From positions 128,001 through 192,000 of the forward strand of contig CBDDIJ010000002.1 in NCBI GenBank assembly GCA_965228855.1: a DNA stretch of 64,000 nucleotides, given 5' to 3'. The position numbers and the translations under genes were made by a program. Origin of the DNA: Candidatus Obscuribacterales bacterium. Its GTDB lineage: Bacteria; Cyanobacteriota; Vampirovibrionia; Obscuribacterales; Obscuribacteraceae. How positions within the stretch are numbered: the stretch's first letter is position 1; each line of letters opens with the position of its first letter. Below are positions 38,026-48,228 of the stretch, piece by piece. Below the pieces are notes generated by a model that saw only the letters and a list, made by a program, of their open reading frames with translations, ran no database searches and was not told the origin of the DNA.

Positions 38026-40923
38026 TTACACGCGGCAGCCGTGTGTGATCAGGTCGAGGCGGTCGGCAACCACTTCGGCGCTGATGTTGACGACGAGCTG
38101 CTGGTCGCGACGAATCGCCTCTTCCAGCGTGCTGATGCGGGTGCGGTCCTGGGCGACCTCGGTTTCGAGACTGGTGACGGTGGTCTCGTTGCTGGTGACG
38201 ACGGTGGTGAGCTGCTCGACGCGCTCACGGCTGACGCGGACCTTCTCGGTCAGACGAGCGATGGTGTCCTCGCCGGTCGCGACCTTCTGGGTGAGCTGCG
38301 TGACGGTGGTCTCGCCGGTCGCGATAGCGGTGTTCAGGTTCGCGATGCAGGTTTCGGTCTCGCGAATCTGAACGGAGACGCGCTCGATGTTGGTGCGGTC
38401 GGCGGCGACTTCGCCCTCGAGCCGGGTGACGGTGGTCTGGTCGCAGGCGACGACTTCAGTCAGGCGGGTCACTTCGGTGCGGTCACCGTTGACTTCGCAC
38501 TCGAGCTGGTTGACGACGGTGCGGTCCTGAGCGACCTCGCAGGTCAGCCGGGCGACAGTCGCTTCGTCGACGCAGATCTGCTGGCCGATGGTCACGATGC
38601 ACTCCTCACCTTCGCGGATCTCGGTCTCCAAACGGGTGATGTTGGTGCGATCGTTCGTGATCGCGGTGGTGGCGTTGGTGACGCGGGTCTGGTCGTTCGA
38701 AACGACCGTGGTCAGCCGGTCGACCTCGGTGCGATCGCAAGCGACGATGTCTTCGAGACGCGTCACTTCGCACTGGTCGACGCGAACGACCTCGGTGAGC
38801 TGGTCGACGACGCACTGGTCCTCACGGACCTCGCCCTGCCACTTCGTCACTTCCTCGCGGTCCGCGCAGACCTCCTGCTCGAGCCGGGTGATGTCCTCCT
38901 TGTCGGTCTGGATCTCATGCCGCAGCCGGTCGATGGTGCACTTGCCCTCCTCGATCTCGCGGCGGTCCTGCTCGATCTCGCAGTCGTCCTGCGCGATGTT
39001 AGCCAAACCGACGCAGATCTCGGTACGCAGCCGGGTGACCTCGCTCGGGTCCGCGCAGGGCTGCTTCAGCAGGTCTTCCAGCTCCTTCGTGTCCTTGAGG
39101 AGCTCGGTGCGATTCTCGTGGCGGCGCTGACGGTCGGTCTTGAGCTCCTCCTTGTCGCGCGCGAGTTCCTCGCGAGCGGCGGTGAGGTCGGTCTCGTCCT
39201 TGATCAGCTCTTGGCGGGCGCCGGCGAGATCGTGCTCGTCCTCGGTCAGCTCAGCCTGCGCGCCATTGAGCGCCGCCTGATCGCGACCGAGTTCGGCTTG
39301 CGCCTCGGTGAGCGCCGCCTGATCCGTGCTCAGGGTCTGGCGCGCCGTGGCGAGCAGCTGCTCATCGGAGGTGAGCTTGCCCTGCGCGGTGGCCAACAGA
39401 GCGGTATCGCGGGTGAGGTCACTCTGGGCGGTCACCAGCTCGCCTTGGTGACGCACCAGGTCGCTCTGCGTCTGAGCCAGCTCGGCGCGATCGGCGTTGA
39501 GCTCCGTCGTCTTGCGACCGAGCAGTTCGCGGTCCGCGACCAGCTGCCCTTGCGCGGCGGTCAAGTCGGTTTTGTCCTTGGTCAGCTCGAGCCGAGCAAG
39601 GCGCAGCGCCTCTTCGTCGCGAGCCAACTCGTCGTTGGCGCGGGTGAGCAGGAGCTGGTCGGCGGTGAGCTGGTCACGGGCCGTGCCGAGCGCCGCTTCG
39701 TCGGCGGACAGTTCGCCCTGGTAGGTGGCGAGCTGCCCCTGCTGGGTGAGGAGCAGGGTCTGCTTGACCGAGAGAGTCTGGCGATCGGTCGCCAGCTGCG
39801 ACTGCGCCGTAGTCAGGCTCTGGCGGTCCGTGGTGAGCTGCGTCTGCGCACCGGTCAGGGACGTCTGGTCGGTGGTCAGCTGCGACTGCGCGCCGGTGAG
39901 CTGAACGCGGTTGCCAGCGAGCACGGTGCGCCAGTGGTCGAGCGCCGTGACGTCGATGGTGAGTTCGCCCTGCGCGTCGGTCAGCGCGGTCTGGTTGCCG
40001 TAGAGGTCCTGGAAAACCTCGTCGAGGGCGTCGAGGTCACGCCCGAGTTCGGCGCGCAGGTCCGAGCATTCCCCGTCCGCACAGTTGCCGTTACCGGGCT
40101 GACCGTTCGGCGGGCAGTTCGCCGGCGGCTGTGGCTGCCCGGTCGGCGGGCAGTAAACGACCGGCGGCTGCGGCCGCGGACCACCGTTCGGTCCGCAGTC
40201 CACACGGATGGGGGTGTAGTCGCAGTCCCAGTTGCCGCGCGCCGGCGCGACACCGCACGCGGTACCAGCCGGCGAGCCGTCCTGGTTGACCTTGACGAGG
40301 TTCGGGCCGACGTCCCAGGTCGGAACGTTCTCCTGGCTCGTGATGGTAGTCGTGCGGTTGTCCACGGAGATGCGCTTGTTCGCGCCGTAGTCCGTGATCA
40401 CCGTCGTGATGATGTCGGAGTTCTTCGCGACCGCGTCCATCTTTATGAACGTCCCGTCGCCCAGCACGAGCGTCCGCTGCGTCGTTGTCCAGTCCGTCGT
40501 GACGCCGTTCGCGTCTTCGTGGGGGTCGCCCCACTCGCGAACTTCCTGCTCGCCGCACGGGTTCTTGATGGTCACCGTCGAGCCGGTGATGTTGATGTTG
40601 TAGCCACCGCTGGTGGTGTAGCTGATCGGCTGACCGGCCGCAGTCTGCGAAAACTGACCGTCGCACTGGGTCTGAGTCTGGATAGGCGCGGTGTTGCAGT
40701 TGGTCGGGCGGCAGATCTGCACCTGCTCGGCCTCGAGCCGGATGTCGCCGACGCGCCCCACGAGCCCGCCGAGCTGGCCGAACTCGTTGACGAACCCGAC
40801 GGTCGGCACTTCGCGCGACTCCAGGTTCTCCACGCGCAGCCCGCGCACCGCGCGGCTCTTGGCGGGGTTGTTGATAAGCGAGGTCTTCTTCTTGCTGCCG
40901 AACAATTTGTTGAACAGGTTCAT
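38026..40923 (-). CDS. LEPR-XLL/Planctomycete-type N-terminus, DUF1521-like WGDPH domain and a roughly 670-aa 14-residue-repeat coiled coil
   Basis: LRVENLESREVP; VREWGDPH; LTTDQTSLTGAQTQ and VACDQTTVTRLEGE repeats. Confidence 0.85.
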   Translation of the reverse strand: MNLFNKLFGSKKKTSLINNPAKSRAVRGLRVENLESREVPTVGFVNEFGQLGGLVGRVGDIRLEAEQVQICRPTNCNTAPIQTQTQCDGQFSQTAAGQPISYTTSGGYNINITGSTVTIKNPCGEQEVREWGDPHEDANGVTTDWTTTQRTLVLGDGTFIKMDAVAKNSDIITTVITDYGANKRISVDNRTTTITSQENVPTWDVGPNLVKVNQDGSPAGTACGVAPARGNWDCDYTPIRVDCGPNGGPRPQPPVVYCPPTGQPQPPANCPPNGQPGNGNCADGECSDLRAELGRDLDALDEVFQDLYGNQTALTDAQGELTIDVTALDHWRTVLAGNRVQLTGAQSQLTTDQTSLTGAQTQLTTDRQSLTTAQSQLATDRQTLSVKQTLLLTQQGQLATYQGELSADEAALGTARDQLTADQLLLTRANDELARDEEALRLARLELTKDKTDLTAAQGQLVADRELLGRKTTELNADRAELAQTQSDLVRHQGELVTAQSDLTRDTALLATAQGKLTSDEQLLATARQTLSTDQAALTEAQAELGRDQAALNGAQAELTEDEHDLAGARQELIKDETDLTAAREELARDKEELKTDRQRRHENRTELLKDTKELEDLLKQPCADPSEVTRLRTEICVGLANIAQDDCEIEQDRREIEEGKCTIDRLRHEIQTDKEDITRLEQEVCADREEVTKWQGEVREDQCVVDQLTEVVRVDQCEVTRLEDIVACDRTEVDRLTTVVSNDQTRVTNATTAITNDRTNITRLETEIREGEECIVTIGQQICVDEATVARLTCEVAQDRTVVNQLECEVNGDRTEVTRLTEVVACDQTTVTRLEGEVAADRTNIERVSVQIRETETCIANLNTAIATGETTVTQLTQKVATGEDTIARLTEKVRVSRERVEQLTTVVTSNETTVTSLETEVAQDRTRISTLEEAIRRDQQLVVNISAEVVADRLDLITHGCRV

Positions 40924-41903
40924 GTTGATCCCTGAGATGATCCTTCTCTGTCGAGGTGATAGCCACCATAGCTACCGACCTTTGGAACTGATGCGAGAGG
41001 CAGCACGGGCTCACACGCCGCCTTTGGACAGTTGGCTTGTCGAATGGGAAACACACGCGACTCCATGCATTGAACGCAGAAGCCCATGTCAACACCATCT
41101 CGACACGATCATCATCACGAGGCAACTCGGTCGAAAAGCCTGAACACGGTTTGTCCAACTCATTAGGTCGAACGGTTCAGTAGTGGCTCTTCGCTGGAGT
41201 TCTAGGGATCGAGTCAGGCGCCTACCTCCTTTGGATAGCGCCGGAATGATAGTACCCAATGCCGCCTGGCGAGCCGCTCTTCTCAGGAGCGCTCATAGCC
41301 TGATGAAATTCCGAACCGGGGTTTAGTGCCGCCGTGTTTTGCGCGCCTGACCTCAAAAGGCGCATAGCAAGCCGAACGGTGGAAACGGTTTGTCGACGCA
41401 TATTGAAGGTGATTGAACCACCTTCGCGTAAAACAACCTCTCCGCCAACGCAATTTGACGCTCCAGAGCAGGTTTGAAACCACTTGCAACGGATGTGCAT
41501 GTCCGCGCAATCAGTATCAATACCAGTGCACTCCCCGGAGCATCACGAACGCAATCGCCACACAAGAGAGGGAATGGCCAAATTCTCTCTCTGACAGTAG
41601 AATCGAAACCCGAGCAACACCGGCACCACTGACGGTGCGCTCGGAGTTATCGATTCAATCTGCCTGTGGTGCTGGTGGCGGCTTATGTCCTAAATTGCGT
41701 GGGCGGAAAAGTTGCATTCAAATTCGCAAAGAAGCGTAACGCGTTGCAAGCCCAGGGCGTTTCCACTGACATTTGTTTACCAACAATTGCTTCGCAACGC
41801 GTTACGTTCTCACATTTGATATTGACCGAATCCCGACACGATGACGGTTTTGAAAGACCGAAAGCAATATCCCTCGCGCAATCGATTCAACTGACTCTAG
41901 TAG

Positions 41904-42057
41904 TTGCAAATAAGTTTGCAGTTTTCTGACCAAATCCTGCAATCTAGTTTGCAGCATACCTCTCACAACCATCCGATCGCACTAAATACACTTCAATTTC
42001 AGGTCGCTGCAATTTTGATTGCAGTTTTAAGCACAAAAGCTGCAATCAAACTTGCAG
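41904..42057. repeat. Two divergent copies of the twin CTGCAA-N6-TTGCAG element
   Basis: 41904-41954 and 42007-42057 (18-15-18 layout), 103 bp apart. Confidence 0.85.
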
Positions 42058-42302
42058 GTCTCAGCTTTGATTTCTCTCGGTGATATGCACGCCTGACGCG
42101 ATGCGTGATGGGACAGTTTGCACAGAGTTGCGTGAGGGTCAGCTTGGACAGAGTCTGCGTGCTGCGGACGCCGCCCTCTATCTACATTCGATAGTAGCAG
42201 TTGGATAAAAAATTGCCGTGCGAGGATGCCACGGCGAACGGACGGATTCACTTGCGTGAATCGTACGGATGATTCATCTAATTATTCAGGCAGCAGCTGC
42301 TC

Positions 42303-42701
42303 TCAACGCCGATTGACCGGACGCCGAATCAGAGGAACCTCGTCATCATAAATGACGGTGGAGCCCTCCTGAGCGATCACCGCGATATCACCTGCGGTGC
42401 ACGCTTGCCCGCCGGAAGCGACAAACAATTCCTTATCGGAACCGCTTGCTGTCACCGTTGCCGACGCACAATCAGGCAACGACGAGCCGGCGGTAGCGGG
42501 AATCAGTTTCGAACCCGGCCAGTGCTGAACGTTGCTGCCCTTGCGAGCATAAACGACACTGCCCTTTTGCGCGACGATCAGCGCCCCGTCTTGAGCGAGA
42601 CCGACAGATCCAGACGAAACCGACACACTCACTTGACCGGCTTGCACAACTGCCGAAAACAAAAGCACCGCCAGCGATACCAATTTCGCACACGTTCTCA
42701 T
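42303..42701 (-). CDS. Secreted hypothetical protein
   Basis: Signal peptide; short beta repeats (AQKGSVVYARKGS); ATGA overlap with the upstream gene. Confidence 0.7.
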   Translation of the reverse strand: MRTCAKLVSLAVLLFSAVVQAGQVSVSVSSGSVGLAQDGALIVAQKGSVVYARKGSNVQHWPGSKLIPATAGSSLPDCASATVTASGSDKELFVASGGQACTAGDIAVIAQEGSTVIYDDEVPLIRRPVNRR

Positions 42702-43588
42702 TGCATTTCCTCAGGGTTAATGGTTCTGTCTTCCTCGATAACTTCGGCGGGGCTACCCTGTGCCTCGTTGCCCGGCAGAGCGTCGGCGGCGTTTTGCAGA
42801 GCCTCGGCAGCGTTTTGCCGAGCCTGTGCCTCGATGTCCAGCAGAACTTCGGCAGCGCGGCGTTGAGCCTGCGCTTCGATACCGGTCAACGCTACCGCGA
42901 AGTCCGCATTCAGACGCGCCGAAACGCTACGCCCAATCTCATCGAAGGCTCGCAGAGGCGGCAAATCATCGATGAGAGGCTCGATTTTGCGTCCGATGAG
43001 GAATTTGGAAAGGGAAGCTGCTGATACTTCGCCCCTGTGATGTTTCCGCAAGTAATCATCCAGCGACTGAGAGTCGATGTGCTGGATTGCGATGGTTTCT
43101 GCCGTTGCGCTCCTGTTCGCGTTTCCGTCCTCGGATGTGCCCTTGCCGGACGCATCAGCAAACAGCCGCCAGGTAAACAGGTAAGCGCAAATCGCCGAGG
43201 TTTCCGCGAGATAGTCCTTGCAGGAGATGCGCGAGCGTTCCACCTCGAGACGCAAGGTTTCGAAACCGAACGGCATCGGCTGGTCACTCGAATATCTGAG
43301 AACGTCCCTCTCCCCGTCCCTTCGAGTAATCTCGATGCTAAGCGGATTCAACGTCAGTTCGTGCGGGACCTTCAACTCCGTCAGTCCATGCACATCCAGG
43401 GTGTTCATCAACCTCCGCCAAGTTGCATCACCGTCGCGGTCGGATTGAGCGATGATGCTCTCAAAACAGACGATAAGCCGAGCAAGAAAGATCTTGTCGA
43501 GCTCGGTCGACATGAAAACAGTTGGAAGAAAGTTCGTTCTGCGTCGCACCGTACCGAGTTCGGTGGTCTTCGAGTTTGATTTATCCAT
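42698..43588 (-). CDS. Hypothetical protein
   Basis: GGAG RBS; 296-aa ORF. Confidence 0.7.
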   Translation of the reverse strand: MDKSNSKTTELGTVRRRTNFLPTVFMSTELDKIFLARLIVCFESIIAQSDRDGDATWRRLMNTLDVHGLTELKVPHELTLNPLSIEITRRDGERDVLRYSSDQPMPFGFETLRLEVERSRISCKDYLAETSAICAYLFTWRLFADASGKGTSEDGNANRSATAETIAIQHIDSQSLDDYLRKHHRGEVSAASLSKFLIGRKIEPLIDDLPPLRAFDEIGRSVSARLNADFAVALTGIEAQAQRRAAEVLLDIEAQARQNAAEALQNAADALPGNEAQGSPAEVIEEDRTINPEEMQ

Positions 43589-43689
43589 ACATCTCCAGGA
43601 TTGATGGTGAGGGTTTAGGATGGCTCGGAAGCAGCGAACCCAGTTCGCACAGCACTTCCGAACCGGAGAAAATCGCGAATGCGTCGAGA

Positions 43690-44937
43690 TCAGGAGAACA
43701 TCATCGAAGCAAGCGATGCAACAAACGCTTCACTGCCCTCGACCGCCTCGAGCAACCAGTAAAGTTTGCTGGCGGCGACCATGAAGAACACGTGCAGCTT
43801 CTGACCTGCTTCTGCGAGAATCCGCTTAGCACGGGCGCGCAGATGAAACACCGTCGTAGCATCACCCCCTTGATTGCGCTCTTCTATAAGCGCCGCCAGG
43901 CGCTCCAGATCGCGCACGACTCCGGGATAATTGCCACTTTTGACCTTATAGACAAGCTCGCAAATCTCGATTCGCTTTCTCAAACCGCGAACAATAGCCG
44001 TTCGATTGCGCCTCATATAAAGCGCCGCCAGCGGCTCCAGCTCACGGATCAGAGTTTTTGCTTCTTGACCGACAGCCTTCTCCACGATGCGCATAAAATC
44101 GAGTTGATTCGCCGTAGCGATGAACAACTCGGCATTCTTCGGATCGCCGAGCGCGGTGTAAGTCTCTGAGAGCTCTTTATAGATTGCCAGACATTCGTTG
44201 CCGGGCAAGCTGCCATCAGCCTCATGCAGATCGACAATAGTGTGCAAAGCAGCGGCGGCTTCCTTAAATTTTTGCTGCTTCTTGAGCGTCTCGGAGAGAA
44301 CCACCAGGTTAGCAATCCGGTCCGCTCGCAGGCTTGCATCAGGTTTGACCGAACCTTCCACGACGCCACTATCTGCGGTATCAGCCAGCCCAGCCAACTG
44401 TTTCGCCTCTATAGAATCGGCGATGGACATCAGCAAGGTCTCAGCCTCGACATAATTGCCAATCATCAGACAGCAATTCGCCATCGTCTTTTGAGCCGCA
44501 ATCAGACGATCGTCTGTTTTGTCGCACGCGGTCTGAAAAATCTTCAAACCCTTTCGGTAAAAAACAGCTGCGTCTCCCGGCCGCCGGTACTCCCAGTACA
44601 GATCGCCGAGTGACATCCACTGGCGAGCCGTTATGGGGTCCTTCTTGCCGAACATCATGCGGTCGTAGGCGATAAAACGCCAGATAAACATCTCGCGCCG
44701 AGTGAACTCGTCTCGATACACAGACGGGTCGAACGCACCCGGCGATTTCTTTTTCAATGCCGAAGCTCCGGTCGCCGACATGGAACCGAAAGACTGAGAC
44801 ATCATTCGAATGCGATAAGGAGCCATCTCCGACCAGTCGTCGATCGCCTCTTGCAGCTTTAGACTGAGCCGCTTGGGAATGCCACAGACATAAACTATGG
44901 TTTTAAAAACCTTCAAAATTGCTTGCGGAAGCCTCAA
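43690..44937 (-). CDS. TPR-repeat protein
   Basis: TARQWMSLGDLYW, MANCCLMIGNYVEAE; AGGAGG RBS with TTG start. Confidence 0.8.
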   Translation of the reverse strand: MRLPQAILKVFKTIVYVCGIPKRLSLKLQEAIDDWSEMAPYRIRMMSQSFGSMSATGASALKKKSPGAFDPSVYRDEFTRREMFIWRFIAYDRMMFGKKDPITARQWMSLGDLYWEYRRPGDAAVFYRKGLKIFQTACDKTDDRLIAAQKTMANCCLMIGNYVEAETLLMSIADSIEAKQLAGLADTADSGVVEGSVKPDASLRADRIANLVVLSETLKKQQKFKEAAAALHTIVDLHEADGSLPGNECLAIYKELSETYTALGDPKNAELFIATANQLDFMRIVEKAVGQEAKTLIRELEPLAALYMRRNRTAIVRGLRKRIEICELVYKVKSGNYPGVVRDLERLAALIEERNQGGDATTVFHLRARAKRILAEAGQKLHVFFMVAASKLYWLLEAVEGSEAFVASLASMMFS

Positions 44938-45878
44938 TTAAGTTTCCTCCTTTCTGGATATTGCGTTTCCGCGAAGGCGCAGAACGATTTCGTCTGCACG
45001 TGGAGGTTGGCGTTTCTGTCCGAATGGCACGGAACAGGAAACGCGATTCGCAAATTTTGCGAAATTAAAACCGCTGTCGCTCTTGCAAACAGACACCGCC
45101 AGTGCGCGTGCAACCACGGGAGCTCATGAGCTTTTCGGTGGAATGCGTTGTGGGTAACCAGGGGCGCTTTTTGGTGATGTGGTACTAAATAGAGTGCAAT
45201 GCGAGAGGCGATATGTAGTAACAGAGAATTCGGCTCAGTGTCAGCAAAAGTTTTGTTAAAGGCTCGGTTTTACAACCTGAAACAACCAGCAACATTGGCT
45301 GCTTCCAGTGGAAAAATACTCAGATTCTTCGCACCAGTTGCGCCACCATGACATCCGCCATCCACTCGACAACAAGGAACAATGCTCATATATTCAGCAC
45401 TTGCGGATGTTTTAGAATCGGGACAGTCTTAACAGATACGAGATGCCAAGCGGAAGCGCAAGACAGAGGAAATGGTGGCGCGGCACGCATCAGGTTTTGT
45501 AGTGCGACATGTGCTGAACGAACGGAGCCGATAAGAATATGGCGTCCATGCGGCGGACGTTTACGAAGGCTCATATCATGAGCTTTCACGAAATATAAAC
45601 TAGCTTCGCTATTCCTCATTCCTCTTGATAATTTCAATTACATAACTCTCTGAGCAAGAACTAACTGAAATTGTTCGCTTTACATCGCGACTCTTTCCTA
45701 GTCTTCGATATCGCTAACTGTTTTTTTCTAGAGCTTCAACAAAACCCAAAAGCTCTCCAAGCTTCTAACTAATCCCGACACACAAATCGCCCGACTATGG
45801 CGATGCGTGGGTTGCATCTTCAAAATTTTGGACCACGCAAACCCTCATGAAATGTGGGTTTCCGGTCGGAGGTTAAAC

Positions 45879-47168
45879 ATGAAACATCCCGACGAACGCC
45901 AGACCTGGCGTCAGCTTCCTACGCGGTTTGCGAAGGAACTGCAGACGACGTTCGCGTCGCTCGGCAGTCGCAACTTCCGCGTCTATTCTTTGGGACAGGT
46001 CATCTCGCTGAGCGGGACCTGGATGCAGACAATCGCGCTGAGCTGGCTTGTGTACAGGCTGACGGGCTCCGCGACTGCGTTGGGTATGGTGTCGTTCGCC
46101 GGCAGCCTGCCCATTCTGCTGTTTACTTACTTCGGCGGGATGATCGCGGATCGTTACGACCGCAAGCGCATCCTGGTTACCACGCAATTTCTCGCGATGC
46201 TCGAGGCGGCGACGCTTACGGTGCTGACGTTCACAGGCTTGATCAGCGTTCCCTGGCTGGTCGTGCTGGCCTGCGTCCGAGGAACAATCACTGCAATCGA
46301 GCTACCGGCGCGGCAGTCGTTCATCCCCGACCTCGTGCCGAAACATCAGCTGCACAACGCCATCGGCATCAACTCTGCGATCTGGAACACGTCGCGCACC
46401 CTCGGGCCGGCGCTGGCAGGCGTCCTCATCGGCGTCTTCGGCGAGACAGTCTGTTTCGGTTTCAACACGGTGAGCTATCTCGCCGCGTTCCTGTCGCTGT
46501 ATCTCATCAAGATCCAGCCCCGCGAGAAAGAGACCGAAGCGGAGGCAAAACTGAATGCGCGCGACGCCGGTCGCGGCGTCTGGTCGGTCCTCATGGGTCC
46601 CGAGCTCAAGTACATCTTGCTGCTCTCCGCCGCGACCAGCATCTTCGGCTTCCAGTACGGCACACTGCTGCCAGTCGTCGCAGACAAGGTCCTCGGCGGG
46701 TCGGCGTCCACGCTCGGCTTCCTGTCGGCGGCAGCCGGTTTCGGCGCGCTGCTGGGAAGCCTGGCGCTCGCCAACCGCGGTCAGAGCAAATGGCTTCGCC
46801 GCGCCATCGGCTTCGCCTGCCTCGTGCTGGCGCTGGCCATCTCGCTCATCGCCTACTCGAATGTCATCGCCATCTCGTTTGTCGCTGTCGCTCTCGCCGG
46901 TGCCATGCTCAGCTTCCAGCTCAGCGGCGGCAATTCCATCGTGCAATCCTCGGTCAGCACCAGCATGCGCGGTCGGGTAATGGGCGTCTATTCGACGTTC
47001 ATGCTTGGATTCGCGCCAGTGGCGGCGATGATGGCGGGCTGGATGGCAGAAACTTTCGGAGTCAGCAACGCGCTCTACGTGAGCGCTGCGGCGGTCTTCA
47101 TCTCCGCTGCCACATATCTCCACTTTGCCAAGAGACAGTCCGGGCAGTCGACCGACACGCCGGACTGA
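45879..47168 (+). CDS. MFS transporter (MFS_3/DUF894 type)
   Basis: GQVISLSGTWMQ, GMIADRYDRKR, MRGRVMG. Confidence 0.93.
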   Translation: MKHPDERQTWRQLPTRFAKELQTTFASLGSRNFRVYSLGQVISLSGTWMQTIALSWLVYRLTGSATALGMVSFAGSLPILLFTYFGGMIADRYDRKRILVTTQFLAMLEAATLTVLTFTGLISVPWLVVLACVRGTITAIELPARQSFIPDLVPKHQLHNAIGINSAIWNTSRTLGPALAGVLIGVFGETVCFGFNTVSYLAAFLSLYLIKIQPREKETEAEAKLNARDAGRGVWSVLMGPELKYILLLSAATSIFGFQYGTLLPVVADKVLGGSASTLGFLSAAAGFGALLGSLALANRGQSKWLRRAIGFACLVLALAISLIAYSNVIAISFVAVALAGAMLSFQLSGGNSIVQSSVSTSMRGRVMGVYSTFMLGFAPVAAMMAGWMAETFGVSNALYVSAAAVFISAATYLHFAKRQSGQSTDTPD

Positions 47169-47245
47169 TTTACACGTCACTGCCGGTGGTGGCGTCAGTC
47201 TCCCCAGACTGCTCCACCACCGGCTCTTCTTCGTAGGGAAAAACC

Positions 47246-48028
47246 ATGAAAGACAACACGAACCGCTCCGGCGGCAGGCTCTTTCTGATCGGTGGCGCCG
47301 CAGAAAGCTGCCTCACGCACTTTTTCGAGCTGGCCGGCGGTGCAGAGTCGCACATTCTTCTCGTTCCTCACGCCAGTGAGAACTGGAAGAAAAACGGAGA
47401 CGCGCTGGCCGCCGAACTCCAGAACATGGGCGCCGCTTGCGTCGCCGTCGCGCTCCCGTCCGAGCCGTTCGCGATTCCGCGCGGCACCACGGGCATCTAC
47501 ATGCTCGGCGGTGACCAGTCGCAACTCGTTCGCCTTCTGGGGCAACGAGGACGCCTGGCGCTGCACCGTTACTACCGGCGCGGCGGTTTAATCGCTGGAA
47601 CCTCAGCCGGAGCGGCTGCCCAGGCAGATTTGATGGTGACGGAGGGCATGTCCGACAGCAAGCTCGTCGACGACTCGCTCCGCACCGGACGCGGCTTGGG
47701 CCTCGTTCGCGGCATGATGGTGGACACGCACTTCATGGAGCGAAACCGCTACAACCGCATGATGGCGGCGCAATTCTGCCGCAAGGGTGGACTCGCAGCC
47801 GTGGGTCTCGACGAGGACACCGGCATCATGATTGAAGGAGATGTCGCCACCGTATACGGTACCGGGTGCGCGAACTTCTTCGTGCCCGTTCGCGTGTTCA
47901 AGCAGAAGCACGCGCAGGAAGACGGCGCTCCGAGCCGGCTCTCCGTGGGCAATGTGACGGTTTCCTTCCTGTCGGCTGGCGCTCGCTTCAGCCTGCGCGT
48001 GATGGAGCCGATCCGGAACCAACCTTAG
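47246..48028 (+). CDS. Cyanophycinase-like peptidase S51
   Basis: GGDQ, GTSAGA, DTHF, GLDEDT. Confidence 0.85.
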   Translation: MKDNTNRSGGRLFLIGGAAESCLTHFFELAGGAESHILLVPHASENWKKNGDALAAELQNMGAACVAVALPSEPFAIPRGTTGIYMLGGDQSQLVRLLGQRGRLALHRYYRRGGLIAGTSAGAAAQADLMVTEGMSDSKLVDDSLRTGRGLGLVRGMMVDTHFMERNRYNRMMAAQFCRKGGLAAVGLDEDTGIMIEGDVATVYGTGCANFFVPVRVFKQKHAQEDGAPSRLSVGNVTVSFLSAGARFSLRVMEPIRNQP

Positions 48029-48228
48029 CGCGAGCTAAGATAGCCGTCCTTCAGAGCCGCGAGACTTCGCCCGGATTAAATCAACTGCCAGCGGTTGCCT
48101 GAAACGGGTCGAAGTCGTAGGTTCGAAGGCGTTCCCCAATTCCCCATCACCAGAAACCCGAACCGCAAGTCTCTCAGTAACACCGACGTATCTTTCCGAA
48201 CCTCTCTCTTATCCAGAAGGAGAACTGA

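Noticed and set aside
48040..48140. tRNA (GGTTCGAA motif)
   Set aside because: No T-stem or cloverleaf; it is a long simple hairpin.
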